Positions 23,401-37,732 of a stretch of 64,000 bases of DNA are shown here, piece after piece. The notes under the pieces were generated by a model. The model saw only the letters and a list, made by a program, of their open reading frames with translations. It made no database searches and had not been told where the DNA came from. A program made the translations under genes and the position numbers. The stretch covers positions 558,001-622,000 of the forward strand of contig NW_019028994.1 in assembly GCF_002105155.1 (NCBI RefSeq). The letters run 5' to 3'. Origin of the DNA: Lobosporangium transversale (lineage: Eukaryota). Within the stretch, counting starts at the first letter, position 1, and the number at the start of each line of letters is the position of its first letter.

Positions 23401-26400
23401 TGTATCATAGATAACAATTGGAGTGTTACCTGAGTCATCTTCGATAACAGCAGCGAGCGTCTTGCCATCAGGCGAGTATGACCCTTCCCATACTTTGCTT
23501 CCAACTTCGAGCAGTGGCCATTCTCCAAACTGTACTCCTGCCATCTTTGCTCCGCTTAGGTCTGCTTCACGAAGCCAACACTTCTGTAAGTTGACCTTCC
23601 TCAGATCTGCTCCTTGTAGCTGAGCACACTCAAATATACCTTGGCTGAGATCTGCTCCTGGGATCTGGATGCCTCTTAAGTCTGCTTCGATAAATGACTC
23701 GCCTGCTCGGATCAAGATTGTCATCGCATTGGCTGCTGCTATCCGCCACTTGCTATCGCTCTTAGAGAGCTCCACATATGTGTACAACTGCTGTTTGAAC
23801 ATCGGTTCGAGAAGGACACGGTCCTCTAAGAACTGAAGGATAGCTGGCTCACCTACGAAGCTTCTCCATACTAATGGTGACGTCTCATCAATCTCCACCA
23901 CTTCCACTCCCTGCTCGTGCTCCTTGGTGTCCATGGCTTCGAAGCTAAACACTGAACTAATGCTCTGTCGACGAGAAGCTGCTGTTGCCTCCCTTGCTGC
24001 TTCATCGATTGCAGAAGTACTCATCGCTTTCTGAGGCTCAAACATCGCTCGTACCAAACTGTACTCTAGGAGGGACCGGTGCATAAACCGGTGCTGGTTG
24101 CCTGTACGAGTAAGTGGCGAAGCCTCACGTAGAAGCTTCGTTTCATTCTCTTTGCTGAAGTACGCTTCTTTCCATGTATCTTTGTCCTTGAATGGTGAGT
24201 AGTCTATTACTGGGTTGCCGTCTTGATGCTTGTAGATTGCTGTGGCTAGCTCGGTAAGATATCTGATCCCATTCTGTGCAAACCCTTCATCTAATAGCTT
24301 GTGATACATCCTTCTGTCTTCCAGTCCTAATACATCGCTTAGTCGCTTCTTGCCTCGCTCGAGCCACTGCTCAACGAACTGGTCATACAGTGTGACGCGT
24401 TTGATCTTGGTGTTGGAGATTCCTTGATCTGGATCCACCATTCGTGGGAGTACCTCTAGCGACATCGATAGCATGAATGGGTTCTTCACAAGTTCTTGTA
24501 GACTAGGGACCTGTTTGAGTGCTCGTCGGTAGTCCTCCACATGCCACAGTGGACCCATGACGTCGACATATTGTTCGATATAGTCATCGATCTGAGTCTC
24601 AGAGAATGGCATGATCACAGCCTCTTCAAACAATCCAGCATCTGCTTGGTGATTGCGGTCCATAGGCTGGAACCGATCTCGGTAGTCCAGTCCAAGATAC
24701 TCACTGCGGCAGCTAATCACCATTTGAGCTTTCCATTCTCCAGGCCTATTCAGCCGGTTGGAGACATACAGATTGGTAGTCTGCATGCTCTCATCATATC
24801 CATCACAGATCAGGATGAATGGCCGACTCTTCTTCAGCTCTTTGATTTCAGGCTCCATGAAATCGTAGTCTCGCAGTTGCTTTGCAACCAGATCCTTCTC
24901 TGGCTTATCGATGGCTGGGAGATTGATAAACAATGGAATCCGACCATGTCTATTCTGATATGTCTCCCAGAGTGTGCGCTCCAGAGTGCGGTTGAATGTG
25001 GACTTGCCTGCTCCTGAATCTCCTTGGACAAGTAGCACTTTCTGGTCGCTGTCCAGGAACTCTTTCGCCTTACCCATTAGTAAGAACAACTTGTCATCGC
25101 TTGCTTGAGCACTTGCTTTGGCATAGTGCTGGATGTAGAACTCCTGGCTGTTTCCAACCTCCATCCGCTGTCTCTTTAGCCGCCGTAGGCTGTTTTCAAC
25201 ACTGGGTCTATTTTGTGCACGGTCAAGCAAATGTGAAGGTGTAGATGGAGGATGTGTGATGCTGAAGGGATGCCGGGTCGTTGGCCCTTGAAGGTAATTC
25301 CTATATAGCTCTTGTTTCTTGATGTCTCCATATTCCACTAGACCATCCAAGAGAGTGTCTGCAGCTGGAAAGAGAAGGAATAAGAGTATGTGTATGGAGT
25401 GAGTAGATAAATCATCATATGCTGAGTGCCGCCAACATCCAAACATACAGTATCAACAGAAAAAGAGAAAAAAGAATGCACCTTGTAGGCCACCCGGGGG
25501 TAATGAGGATAGATCCCTAAGGATACTTATGATCCACTGCTTGATATGTGCATGATTACCCCACTCCTGGTCATTCTTGTATATCTCTCCTAGGAATGTG
25601 ATGGCATCCTGCCGAGTATCCATACCCCAGTGCGTATCAGCTGCAATCTGTCCCAGCCTCTGACATAGTCCCCATTGAAATGCTGCATCATTCCGACAGG
25701 ATAGTTCGCACACAAGAATCTTGAACTTGGTGAACTCGCCTCTTTGGATTAGCGCATCGGCTCCGCGCAGCGCTGGATACCATGCTGACTTGTGACTAAA
25801 GCTGAGTCCTTCTTCCATACACTGTCTGAATGTCGATCCACTCTCACAGAGTGATGTTGTATTTTCATATACCCCTAAGCTTATGTCAATAGCTTCTGTC
25901 ACAGAAGGAAGCTCTTTCTGGATGCTGCTTATCTCATCCATGAAGGCATTCAGATCTAAGTCTTTGACAGCACTCACTACTCCAAACACTCCTCGGAGCA
26001 CTGCTGATGTCCTCCGAAGCATGGCTTGCATTGTTGATTCATCATCTGGGATATATTGCAGGGCTTGGAAGGCATAAGCTGCTTGATAGACTAGTTGAGA
26101 ATCTGAGCTGTCTTTAAGTCCCTGGAGGTATGCTGCAAGTGGTTCATGGAGTTGTTCTCGCTTTAGGTCCTTAACTTGGGTGCTGACCATGGCATCGAGG
26201 ACATGTGAGACTGTAGCAGACAGCTGATAAAGATGATCGGTGGACTGACCATGTGTGCCCTGTAAGCGGGAACTGAGGGTGTTGAGGATTGTGATAAGGT
26301 CATCGGAGTCAAGGTGTTCAGGAGGAGCGCGCTGCACCAACTGAGCCAATCCTTCCAACAAATGAGTCTCCAACATAATGTTCTGACTGATTCCATTGAC

Positions 26401-27648
26401 TAAAGCCATGAGCAGTGCTCTGAACTGGACTTGATCAAGAACTGGAGCCAGAGTCACAACTTCAGCGACAGATATCTCGGTTTTGAGCTCATCGCCGATG
26501 AGCATTTCAATCACATCTGATGCCAGTTTACCTAGTCGTTCATATTCATCTTGATCGCTCAGTATGGCCTGGCACCATTTCTTCTCGTCGTCATTGAGAT
26601 CATCTGTTTTGATAGAAGCTAGTGATAGCAGAGATAAGCAATACACAAGCTGATGGATGTCATTCAAATGAGACTCAGGCTCTGGTAAGCCGTATCTGAT
26701 GACTGTTGGAGGTTCATCTTGGTTAAAAACGTCCTTTGGAATAGTTGCAATGACTTGCACTGTTTTAACCGTTCTAATTAATCTACTGTTAATAGGCCCG
26801 CTGCTTTCTTGCTTGCTGCTGTTGCTGTTGCTGTTATTGCTATCATTGTTGTCGCTTCCTTGGATATATCCCCATTTTTCGGCTTTCTTGTTACGTCTTT
26901 GAGCGACATCTGAGTGACCTAGCTGTTCAAATAAACGCCCAAGCTCATGATAGGCCGAGGCTATGCTTTTGCGTAACCTTAGGTCTTCATTGGAAGCTGA
27001 AGAGGTTGAAGATATTGAGGCGAGTGACTTTCTCATGGGTTTGTGGATTCGAGACAGCACAGAGTCAGCATCGAGACATAGCTCCATCACTATGTCGCTG
27101 CTATTGTCGTCTATAGTGCGAGCGCCCTTTATGTAGAAATCAAAGAGTTTCAGGGCTTGTGCTGGCAAGAGTACACTTCGTGGTGGAGTATCTGTATTGC
27201 CAAACATGGACTATTGTTCGCCCTTTTTATTTTTATTTCTATTTGATTGTAATCTATTCATTTCAAAGAAAATGTGGTTTTTGTTTGAAAGCGTGTGTTA
27301 GTAGTGAGCTTCATAAGTGAGTGAACGTCTTTTGTAAGTTCCAAGGAGGTGGTGGAGGCATGTACCTTACTCGAGAATTCGAGTTTTTTTTTTAAAAAAA
27401 TAAGAAAGAAAAATCAGCTGGGGAGTTGTGTGATGTTGTATGTGGCGAAGTAATGAAGAAAGAAAAGGAAGAAAAGAGAGAAGGGAGCATGACAAGTGAG
27501 CATTATAAAATGCGGGTTTACTTCGCCTTGTTTTCCCCCTTAATAGATATCCTTCAACTTCAACTTCAACTTCAAGGGCGCCTTCTTTTAAATGTCTCTC
27601 TAGTTTCACTTTGTTTTCTTGCAAACAGTTGCGTGCTAAGCCCTGTCA

Positions 27649-27681
<33 letters not shown>

Positions 27682-27714
27682 CCCTCAAAGGCAAAAGTGA
27701 TGGTTTAATCCACT
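20406..27714 (-). repeat. ~7.3 kb inverted segmental duplication, copy A (NLR gene plus both flanks)
   Basis: Reverse complement aligns with 48592-55881, from the promoter (cacttttgccYttgag) to ~650 bp past the stop (cttttgaccagt). Confidence 0.88.
21085..27207 (-). CDS. NLR-like STAND protein A: helical/ARM-like N-terminus, NACHT, pentapeptide repeats, WD40 repeats; 2 exons, ~2001 aa
   Basis: Exons 27207-25482 and 25364-21085. Walker A GDSGAGKS, Walker B LICDGYDE, pentapeptides ADLRG/ADLSQ/AQLQG/ADLRK/ADLSG, and many GH...YSPDG...WD repeats. Confidence 0.92.
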
Positions 27715-27759
27715 GGAAGAGGACTTAAACTTGGATTACCTGGATGTCAACGATTGTAT

Positions 27760-28207
27760 CACTAGAGTCTGTTTAGATGTCTCATGTATGGCTAATGTGA
27801 GAGACTACTCATCTATTACTTCTCATAGCTCCGCAAGCTTCTTGTTGGCTTCACTCGACCCACCTAGGCCGTGATACGTGTGTTGCAAGCAATAAGAGTC
27901 GTTTGCTTGGCGCTCCACTTCAGTTGACGCTGATATTGATCGTACTTCTTCACAATAAGCCACGTCCGAATGGAAACAGCTTGGGACCCTGCGACCAGAA
28001 GTGGCCTTCTTCAGAGACATTCCGTACAAACACTCTAATATGTCCCCCTCCAGATAGGATTTTAACCAAGCATTGGCTTGTCTTCGGATCCCACATTCGC
28101 ACTATCATGTCTTTACTACTTGAGGCAATATACTTTCCATCAGTGATCCAATTCTTTGTGCTTCTTACTAGCAGAAAATGGCCGGTTATTGGCTTCTTAT
28201 CGACCAT
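27760..28207 (-). pseudogene. Degenerate 3' fragment of a third NACHT-WD40 paralog
   Basis: DGKYIASSSKDMIVRMWDPKTSQCLVKILSGGGHIR matches the last WD40 of NLR-A/B (GKYIASSSHDRTARMWDAETGECLVIIPSEGG). Frameshifted continuation (GSSEANKKL vs GLSAANRKL). Confidence 0.75.
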
Positions 28208-29155
28208 ATGAGGTCACAGTTATGGTGCATAGAAGCAATACCGGTATTCTGATCTACTCAATGCATTTTTTTTTTTACACTTTACTTGATAAGGCAAATA
28301 CGGACGTTTCAATCCAGCGCTATTAATATGCACTTGACAGACTTATCAATCTTTGTTGTTCTCGTGGCGTCTATGCCATCTGATTTATCTAGCTAACTAC
28401 AACTCTACAGACGTAGTCTATATGATAGTTAAAGAGCGATATTCGTCGCTCTGATCACCCTCACATTCGGACTTTTACAATTCGAGTTCCATGCAGTGTT
28501 TTGTTTTAGCATTCAAAAGTCACATATAGACGCGCTTTCCTAAAGCTTTGCATTCATCCTGATACCTGTCATGTTCTCCCAAGCAAGCAATCCTTTCCCA
28601 GCTAACAGGCATGCAGCCTTCGCGCTTTGCATTTCAGCACTCGAATATATTTGATCTACCGTTATGTGTATGACTCCACCTTATTCAATATTGCCACCAA
28701 AGAGGCAAGCACGTCAGATGTACTCACTAAAACAGTATCCGAAGTGAGCAAGAACACATTATTATGATGTTACAATAGTTACGAAGGATCCGAATAAAAC
28801 TGTAACCATACTTTTATCCCAAAAAGATATCGAGCAGCATCAAAGATTCTTGAAATTAAACTATGCTGGGAAATACATTGCCTTGATGTGCTTGGAAATA
28901 CAATGTTACATAGACAGTAGCCTTGCATTGCTTTGTCTGTGACAGAGTAATAAACTTTATATACACGTTCTTTTTTTCTTTTCTCTTGGAAATGGAGGAA
29001 GGAGAAGGTTGGGTGTTTTTCTTTTTTTTGACACGTTGACAATTACAAAGAAATGGTTGGGTCATTACTTCTATGAGTTCCATGGGTTCCTTGGTTCATG
29101 GACTAAGAAATGGAGGAGTATTATAAAAAAAAGAATAGAATGCAATCAACAACAG

Positions 29156-29186
<31 letters not shown>

Positions 29187-29538
29187 GTTTCGATTGATTG
29201 ATTGATTGATTGATTGTGTAATTTTGCGACCCTCCCGCGTGTTCATTCTTTCGCTTTTATGCTTTTTAACGTTCACTTTTACACTTTTTCTTTCTCACAC
29301 CTTTTGCTTCCTCTCACCCTTTTCTCTCACTCTTTTCTCTCACTCTTTTCTCTCACTCTTTTCTCTCACTCTTTCCTCTCACTCTTTCCTTCTTTCTTTA
29401 TTCCTCACGACCTTTTCTTTTTCCACGCACTCTTTTCCTCTTTTCCTCTTTTCTTATTCCGCACAGGGACAATTCCTCTGTCAACTTTACTCTTTCACCC
29501 TCTCGTTTAATTCTTTTTTAAATTTATTTGCCTTCACG

Positions 29539-31743
29539 ATGGCCTTCAGTGCCAAGCCTTTCTACCTCTTCCTTACTGTCTTCTTATTTTCACAGATTAT
29601 GACTGCACTATGGCCTAAACAATATCTACATTCGACAGGCCTTTCATCATCAATACCATCATCATGGTTATGGAAACGAAGCATTGATCCTGGCTCTGAT
29701 ATCCAGGTACCATTCTTTTTCTTCTTTCTTTCTTTTTTCTTTCTGTCCTTCTTTTTTGTTGTCCTTACTCTCTTTACAACACAACACAGCCATCGTCGTC
29801 TTTACTATACCACCATAGCACTCTAACAGTATTAACCTTTTCCTTTTTATTATCATTATTACTACTACTACTATTACCATGAATCAAGTGCGAGGATGTT
29901 TGGTCGCATGCTGACAGATGCAACTTTGTAAAAGAGTACTGCGCCGATTATTCTGCAGGTCTGATCAATTACCTGCACTTCTTTTTCTGTGATCTGAGCA
30001 CAGCCCCTGTCATGGCCATCATTATCCTGGTAATTAAAGGAATATCCAACTCCTTTTCCCTTTTCTCGTTTCCCTTTCAATGGGTTTCAATGGAGAAGGA
30101 AGAATAATGTCTAACTTTCATTATTTTTTTTTTTTCTTCTATTCTCCTTTCAAGTCTGTGTGGATGGTATTCTTGTTTGGATTTGTAGGCGTGGCAGCAT
30201 CAGATTTCTTTTGTAAGAAAAAGGGGCATTGACAGCATTGATGAGTATCTATGAATTCTTCTTTTTTTTTTTTTTTGTTCAATCTCCCACCAAGATGTCC
30301 ATTGTTATTCTTACTTTCTTTCTTCCTTTCTTGCAACAACAACAACAATAATAATAATAATAATAACTCTTAGGTCCAAATCTGAGTACAATTGCCAAGC
30401 AACTCCACCTTTCCGAAAGCATGGTAAGCTCTAGTTCCCCAAAAGATAACCAAGAAATAATTCAAATCATGTCCTGTCATCATTTCTTTCTTTGTTTGTT
30501 TGTTTGTTTTCAATCTCGTCATTTCCATCATTCTTTGGGCTTTGGGCATTTTTTTTTTTTAACGCACAGACAACACACACTAATATTCAAGGATTTTTTT
30601 TTTTTACTTCTTCTTCTACTTTTCTTTATTAGACTGGAGTTACCTTCTTGGCCTTTGGCAATGGTTCACCTGATGTCTTTAGCACCTTCTCGGCCATTGG
30701 TGCAGGAAGCGGGTCATTAGCCATTGGCGAACTTGTTGGTAATGAGGAAAAGAAATGAAATGAAATGAAAAAGAAAAGAAAAGAAATGAAAAAAAAGAAA
30801 AAGAAAAAGAAAAAGAAAAAGAAAAAGAAAAATGCATGCATATTGCTGACGTGAGATTAAAGATTGAATCTAGATCATTTTTTTTTTTCATTTGCGTGTA
30901 ACGGCATTAGTCTATTTCCATTTGTCTATTACCTATCCCTCTTTCCCACCTTCCTCGATTTTCCATGCGATACACGATAAGCTGACTACTTCTTTTTTTT
31001 TTTATTTATTTATTTATTTCCATAAAAACAGGTGCAGCATCCTTTATCACATCAGTAGTCGTAGGATCAATGGCAATCATCAAACCTTTTAAAATCAGTC
31101 GGGCACCATTCTTACGGGATGTCAGTTTCTTCACAGGATGTGTTGCATTCACATTGTTTGCAGTAATGGATGGCGAAGTCACACTTGTGGAGAGTTTACT
31201 GCTAGTAGTCTACTACGTTATCTATGTGGCCTTTGTGGTCATCGGTAATTGGTGGCATCAACGTGTCAAGACTGAACGAGAACTGGAACAGCGTGCTAGA
31301 AATATATACGGCGATGAAGAGGATGATGATAGCCACTATGAGGATAATAATTATAATGATATGGAAGAGGACGATATCTATGATCTCAATGCCAGGATCA
31401 ATGATGAAGAGCAGGCTCTTCTTCCTGGAGGACAGAAGCGAGGAAGATCAAGAACAGAATCAAGTAATGACTTTTTTTATTTTTTTTTTTATTTTTTTTT
31501 TTTATCAAAGATTTATTCCCTTACCTTTATTTTATCCGCTTATTCGCTTCAATCTAGGACCTCCAAATATCATAACGGAATTGTTGACAGGACCGTACGA
31601 TGCATACGAGGATGAAGATCATGATGACGGGTATATTTCTTCCGGGCGGTTATCTACCATTGATCCATATGAATCAAACAAGACGCTGGATAATTCTTAT
31701 GGAACCCGTGATGTTAACTCTACTCGAACTCATCATCTCTCTG

Positions 31744-31777
<34 letters not shown>

Positions 31778-31916
31778 ACATTGCAGTGGAGGCGTCCAAG
31801 ACTCGATTTCCTTACGTCCTTCAGGCCCATCTGCGCTGAGGCGTAGACCATCATTACTCTCTGCTATGGAGGTGAGTTCTACGAAATGAATAAATATTTA
31901 TCCATCCATGACCTTG

Positions 31917-31951
<35 letters not shown>

Positions 31952-33372
31952 AAATGAACGTCTCCTTTCATGCGATGGTGTCAAGTTCAATGAAGTAGTT
32001 CGGTCATTAACACTTTCAGGGTCGCGAGGACACGTCCTATCATATGATCCAAGCTACTATGGCTCAAACTCACCAAGACCAAATAGGCCTCGTCGGAGCC
32101 ATTCTACACGTTCTGTACCTGACCGGCGCAGCAGCACCAACAGCCATCATGAGGATTATTACCGGAATCATGGACCCCGATCAGCCTCACCGCATGGAGC
32201 CTCTTCAGGTGATCCTTTGACTGTAGGCGGGAATACAAGCAGGGACTATGAGCATAGACATGGGCGTGGACATAGTCATACATATGGAAGTAGACTAGAG
32301 GTTGAAGATGCAATCCGTAGCCTCAACAGTTTAAATACATCACCCAGAGCAGTAGATCCGGAAGAGGAGACGTTCGATCCCCACTTTGAGCAGGCTTTAC
32401 TTCGACAGTCTCTGATCCTTCCCGACCATCACGATCCTGCGAACCAACACCTCGGTCATATCCACCATCACCAACAACAACAGCCTTCTAGCCCTGGTAC
32501 GACTGGCTCCACGACAGTTGTTTCAGCCGGCTCACCTGTTGTGGCGATGACTCAACCACTATTCCAGGGAGTGGAGCCCGAACTTGCTCTTACAAGGAAA
32601 CAAGAGCTGATGGAGATTCTAGAGTCGATCAAAACCATCTATTTCCCTACGCTTTTGGGATGGGAAGAGAAGAGCCACTTCCTACGATTTTTGGCAGTGA
32701 CCTCGATTCCGATGGTACTTCTTTTGACATTGACATTACCAGTGGTTGAGCTATGTGAAGATGGAGATGAAGACGATGAAGAGTCTATCGAAGAAGAGCA
32801 GCAACAGCAGCAAGGACAAAATGGTCAAAGTAATAACCACCATCATGAGGACACGGAATCTGTTATGCGACCTCCAAAGATTACGATTGGAGATGGTAAA
32901 GAGGATATACGCCATCATGAGTATGATGGATGGAGTCGTACAGCAACGACAGTGCAAATGCTATTGGCGCCTATTTTCATTACCTTGGTTGTCGCTAGTA
33001 AGTCCAAGGTCTATATATATATATATATCTTTTATTGAATAAGGACGTAATGTTTTTAAACACTTTTATTTTCCTTTTATTCTTTTATTATTATTATTAT
33101 AATTATTTTTTTTTTTTTGCAGGTGCTGCTGAGGAAGGCTATATTGCGATCCCAATATCATTGGTATTAGGAGCAGGATTATCGTTTGTGGTCCATCGAT
33201 TCAGTACAGAAGAGGACCCACCACGATTCTACGGAGCACTCTGTTTTGTTGGATTCTTGGTGGCGATCACTTGGATCTTTTTGGTAGCAAATGAAGTAGT
33301 TGGGATCTTGCAGGCCTTCGGCATGATCTTTGGTGTGAGCGATGCTATCCTTGGTCTCACTATTTTCGCAAT

Positions 33373-33403
<31 letters not shown>

Positions 33404-34000
33404 CAGTAAAATAGTAACAACAGAACAAAACAGTGGTTTAGACAAACCATCACGTGCTTTACTCATAATAACTAATTTTCATTTATTTTTTTTTTTACAC
33501 TCAACTTGAACAGGGCAATAGCTTGGGTGATCTGGTTGCTAATATCACGATTGCAAAAATGGGTTTCCCACGGATGGCCTTTTCCGCGTGTTTTGGTGGA
33601 CCATTGTTAAGTATGTGACTCTAGTTTTCTTTTTTGAAGAAGAAGAACTGGTTGCCTTTATTTTTTTTTTTTTTTTACTTTTACTTACTGATGATCTCGA
33701 TTTCATTTCTTCCTCCGTTCTGATGTGTATTTGTGTATAGATATGTTGTTGGGAGTGGGCATCAGTGGAACATACACAACATTGAAGACGGGTGAATCCA
33801 TTCCATTGAAGGTATCACCGACACTGTTTGTGTCCTTGATCGGTGTGCTATTGACATTAACAGCGGCGATATTGATCGTGCCGAGGAACGGCTACATGAT
33901 GACGCGTTCATGGGGTTGGTTCTTGCTCATCAGTTACATGATTTGCACGACTACCAATGTTATCATTGAGGTCACCATCAGTAACAAAGGCGACCATTAA
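29539..34000 (+). CDS. Cation/Ca2+ exchanger (CaCA superfamily, CCX/NCLX-like), 11 exons
   Basis: Exons 29539-29706, 29889-30029, 30155-30212, 30374-30423, 30633-30738, 31032-31463, 31558-31871, 31986-32997, 33123-33373, 33514-33610, 33741-34000. alpha-1 GVTFLAFGNGSPDVFS, alpha-2 LGLTIFAMGNSLGDLVAN, ASDFFCPNL motif. Confidence 0.92.
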
Positions 34001-34208
34001 GAAACAGAGATATTTATCTTCCTCTCTTATCAATGTAATACCTCGCCATCACTTTTTTTTTTTTTCCCTTTTTTGTTCCGCCTAACAGATAACATGCAAC
34101 ATTACAACATTGGTTTCAATCTTCTTTCACACATATATCTTTGTATATAACAATTGTAAACTTTCCCGTTTTTGTTTATAATCATCATCTCTATCGTCTT
34201 TTTTTCTT

Positions 34209-34239
<31 letters not shown>

Positions 34240-37200
34240 GACAATGTAATATTTTGTATAAAGAACGCATAAAAAAAAAAAAAAAAAAAAAAGAGAGATA
34301 AGGGAGATAGGATATTTATTTAGTTTTTCAAATATCAAATGTCAAATGTCAAATATCAAATACCAAAAAAAAAAAATAAATAAATAAATAAATAAAAAGA
34401 AATGCAGAACTCCTCGTGAAAAAACAAAGTGCTTCCAAAGTATCTGAAGCGCAGTTCAAGCAACTGAAGCGCAGTTCAAGTCATTTCAGGCCGCAGCAGC
34501 CTATGTATCCCAAACTTTTGAATCTTTCAGGCTTTATATATTCATTCATATCATGCCATATACCACAACAACTACAAAAAGAGAAAAAAGAGAAAAAGAA
34601 AAAGAAAAAAGAAAAAGTGGAATATTATTCATCTTTCTGTTGCATGGCATTTATACAATTAGTGTAACAATGCTAAAGGATATTTTTCAAAAAAAAATAA
34701 AAAATTGTTTGATTCTGCTCTTGCATGCCATGTGTGTGCATGTTATGTATAAATGTATACGTTTGTACAAATGTATATATAATTCTGCAGTTCTGTAATG
34801 TTCTTTTATTTAATTTAATCTTTCCAGCTTTCCCGCGCAATTTGTCCCGCCAAAAAAATTTTTTTTTTTTTTTTTTAAAGAAGAAAGCAAAAGTCAAGCT
34901 GTAAAAAAAAAAAAAAAAAAAGAAAAAGAATCCTTGTCGACAATGGCGGGAATGAATATGCGCTGAAAAAAGAAAAAAAAAGTTTTTCTTTCTTCTTTTT
35001 CCTTGGTTGTGTAGTGTTGTCCCGGTAGAATGGTAATCATCTTTCACCTTTGTGCAAAATGGATTTTATTTCAAATCCCAGGAAAGTATAACTAAAATAT
35101 ATATTTATATTTGTATTTATATTTACATTTGTATACCAACCGTAAACAGCAAATACCGATCCGACCCATCCAAACCATATCTCGTATAACATGTATATCT
35201 CATATCCTATATATCCTACTGTCCTACCTAAATCCAATGTCCTCCTGTCCTATATCCTATATCCTATATCCTATATCCTATATCCCATTTGTCCGGACTT
35301 TCCCCCTCCTATTCTTTTTCGTGAACGAATGTCAGGAACTGCTCATGTTAGTTGGACAAGAAGAAAAGGAGGAGGAGAGGTTCCCCCATTATTGCAGTAC
35401 GAATTTAAAGATGGCTTGTAGTTATCTGTTACGTAACTGCTTCTTTTATGATATATATACATATTCACTTCTGCGCTTTGCTTGTTTGTATGCCTGCATG
35501 CTTGCATGCTTGCTAAGGTGCCAATATGCACATATTCATATTCATATGTCATGATAATCAAAAAGAGGGAGTGGAAGAGAGGGGGGGGGGTGTGGGAAAG
35601 GATTACATATTACAAATATATATGTATATATTGATTTATTTATTTATTTATTAGGATTGATAAAGAATAAGTAAGAGTCAACATGTATAAAATGTAAACA
35701 TGGTCTGTAAATATGATACACACGTATACAAGAAAAAAAAAAAAAAAAAAAAAAAAACGCGGCAAACATAAACAAATATGTTTCGGGGATTTTATGTTTA
35801 AAGTTGACACCAAAAGAGTGTGGAGGAAAAAGAGGATGGAGGAAAGGAAATAAGAAGGGAAAGGAAAAAAAAAAAAAAAAAAAAAAAAAGGCGGCGGATG
35901 TTATTTATAATACTAATACATGCATTATATAATATAAAAAAAAAAACAAAGTAAAGATATAACAAGCAACCCGCCATTTTATTTTTTATTTTTTTTTGTT
36001 GTTTCTTGGTTCTGGGACAATGTTGACGGACAAGTCGAAATGCGCTTTCCACCTTCGTTACGTTGTTATATACATTCAGCTATTTCCAAAGACAATGGAA
36101 TGTGTTGGTCGTCTCTTTTGAGTTTAGCTGTCCAATAAAAATGAAGAGTAATTAAAAAATAAAATAAAATAAAAAACAAATCTAGCTGGGATCCCCCCAG
36201 GTCATGGAAGACCCTGAATTTGTGGTATACACTCTCATGTTATTAAGAGATGGGCTTATGAAGGGGAAGGGGAAGGGGAAGGAGCAGAAGGGAGGAGGAT
36301 GGGTGACCAAAGGGGGCCCAAAGGAGGCCCAAAAGGGGTGAAAGTCGCGAAATGGGGGGAGGGGGGGAGGGAGAAGAGGAATGTAAAAGGAGATGATAGG
36401 GAGGTACATGTAAATCCTTTGCCATTTGTGGGCCATAACACAGAGTTCTTGAGAATAAAATAAACAAGGTAAAATAAAATAAAACTGGAAAATAAATAAA
36501 GTATGAAATACAAAATAAAATAAAACTGACTTTTTATTTTGTTTTATTTTTAAACATATATATTTATTTATTTCCTGCCCTGGTTTGCACGTTTCAAATG
36601 GTGGCAAATGTGCATGTTTTACTTTACTGACATAGCCATTGACCCCCGAAAAACTGTGAATATTTATGTTTACACTAATTTTTTCTTTTGGACGTGTTAC
36701 AACTGACCCCATGAACCAAAAACGCGATTCATTTCTGCTTAGTGATATTGCGGCCGAATTTTTTTTTTTTTTTTTTTTTTTTTTTTGTTGACCTAGTAAC
36801 ATTACGACCGAATAGCCGGAAAGAGGAGCCGAGGTCAAGGGGGAAGGAAAAAAAAAAAAAAAAAAAAAAAAAATGAGAAGAGCATAAGGTATGAAGCATG
36901 AGGGATGAGGCATGTGGTATGTTGCCTGAATCATGAGCATTGAACTTGGATGCTCTTAAAACAAGCCTAGGGCAAAAAAAAATAAAAAATAAAAAAGCAA
37001 GGGTACTCTACAAAAGGTATACGCGTTAACAAAGGTAGTAAACAAGCAGTAAACAAGCAGTAAACAAGTATACACCAGATGGATATGAATAAGCCATACC
37101 CAGTTAACTGTATAAATGCATGAATAGCATGAATAGCATGAATAGCATGAATAGCATGATAGCATGAACAACAAATGAATGACCAGAGGGGAAAAGGCAA

Positions 37201-37347
37201 ATGAGATTATATACTTTACATTTTGGAATGAATGGTGGGGACATGGCATGACCCTCCACTCCTCTTCATCTTACGCGTTACCCTCTAGTCGGGTTGAGAC
37301 CATGTCCGTATGGTCTCACGACTTTTTTACTTGCACCTTGAGACCTA

Positions 37348-37381
<34 letters not shown>

Positions 37382-37701
37382 CAAATCAACAAAAACCAAA
37401 AAATGATCGGTAAGCAGTATTTTCTCTCTTTCTATCTAGTCATCAACCCTTCTATCCTTCTATCCTTCTATCTATCTATCTATATATCCATATATCCATC
37501 TATATCCATCTATCTCTATCGATCTCTCTCTGTCTCTCTCTGTCTGTCTGTCTCTTCCTGTTGGTCCTGCTATGTCTTCAAAGTTGTTGTTGGCGCTGTT
37601 GCTATTGTTATTGGCACTGTTATTATGGCTGTTGTTGTTGTGGTTGCTGTTGCAGATATTTTTTGTTTTTCTTCCTGCCATTTAGCATGACAACTTTCCC
37701 T

Positions 37702-37732
<31 letters not shown>

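Noticed and set aside
29206..29538. Upstream extension of the exchanger ORF with 13-nt ctcactcttttct repeats
   Set aside because: Low-complexity pyrimidine 5' leader; the plausible start is the ATG at 29539, followed by a signal-like segment.
34444..34480. 17-bp direct repeat ctgaagcgcagttcaag x2
   Set aside because: Only two copies 3 nt apart; most simply a local slippage duplication.
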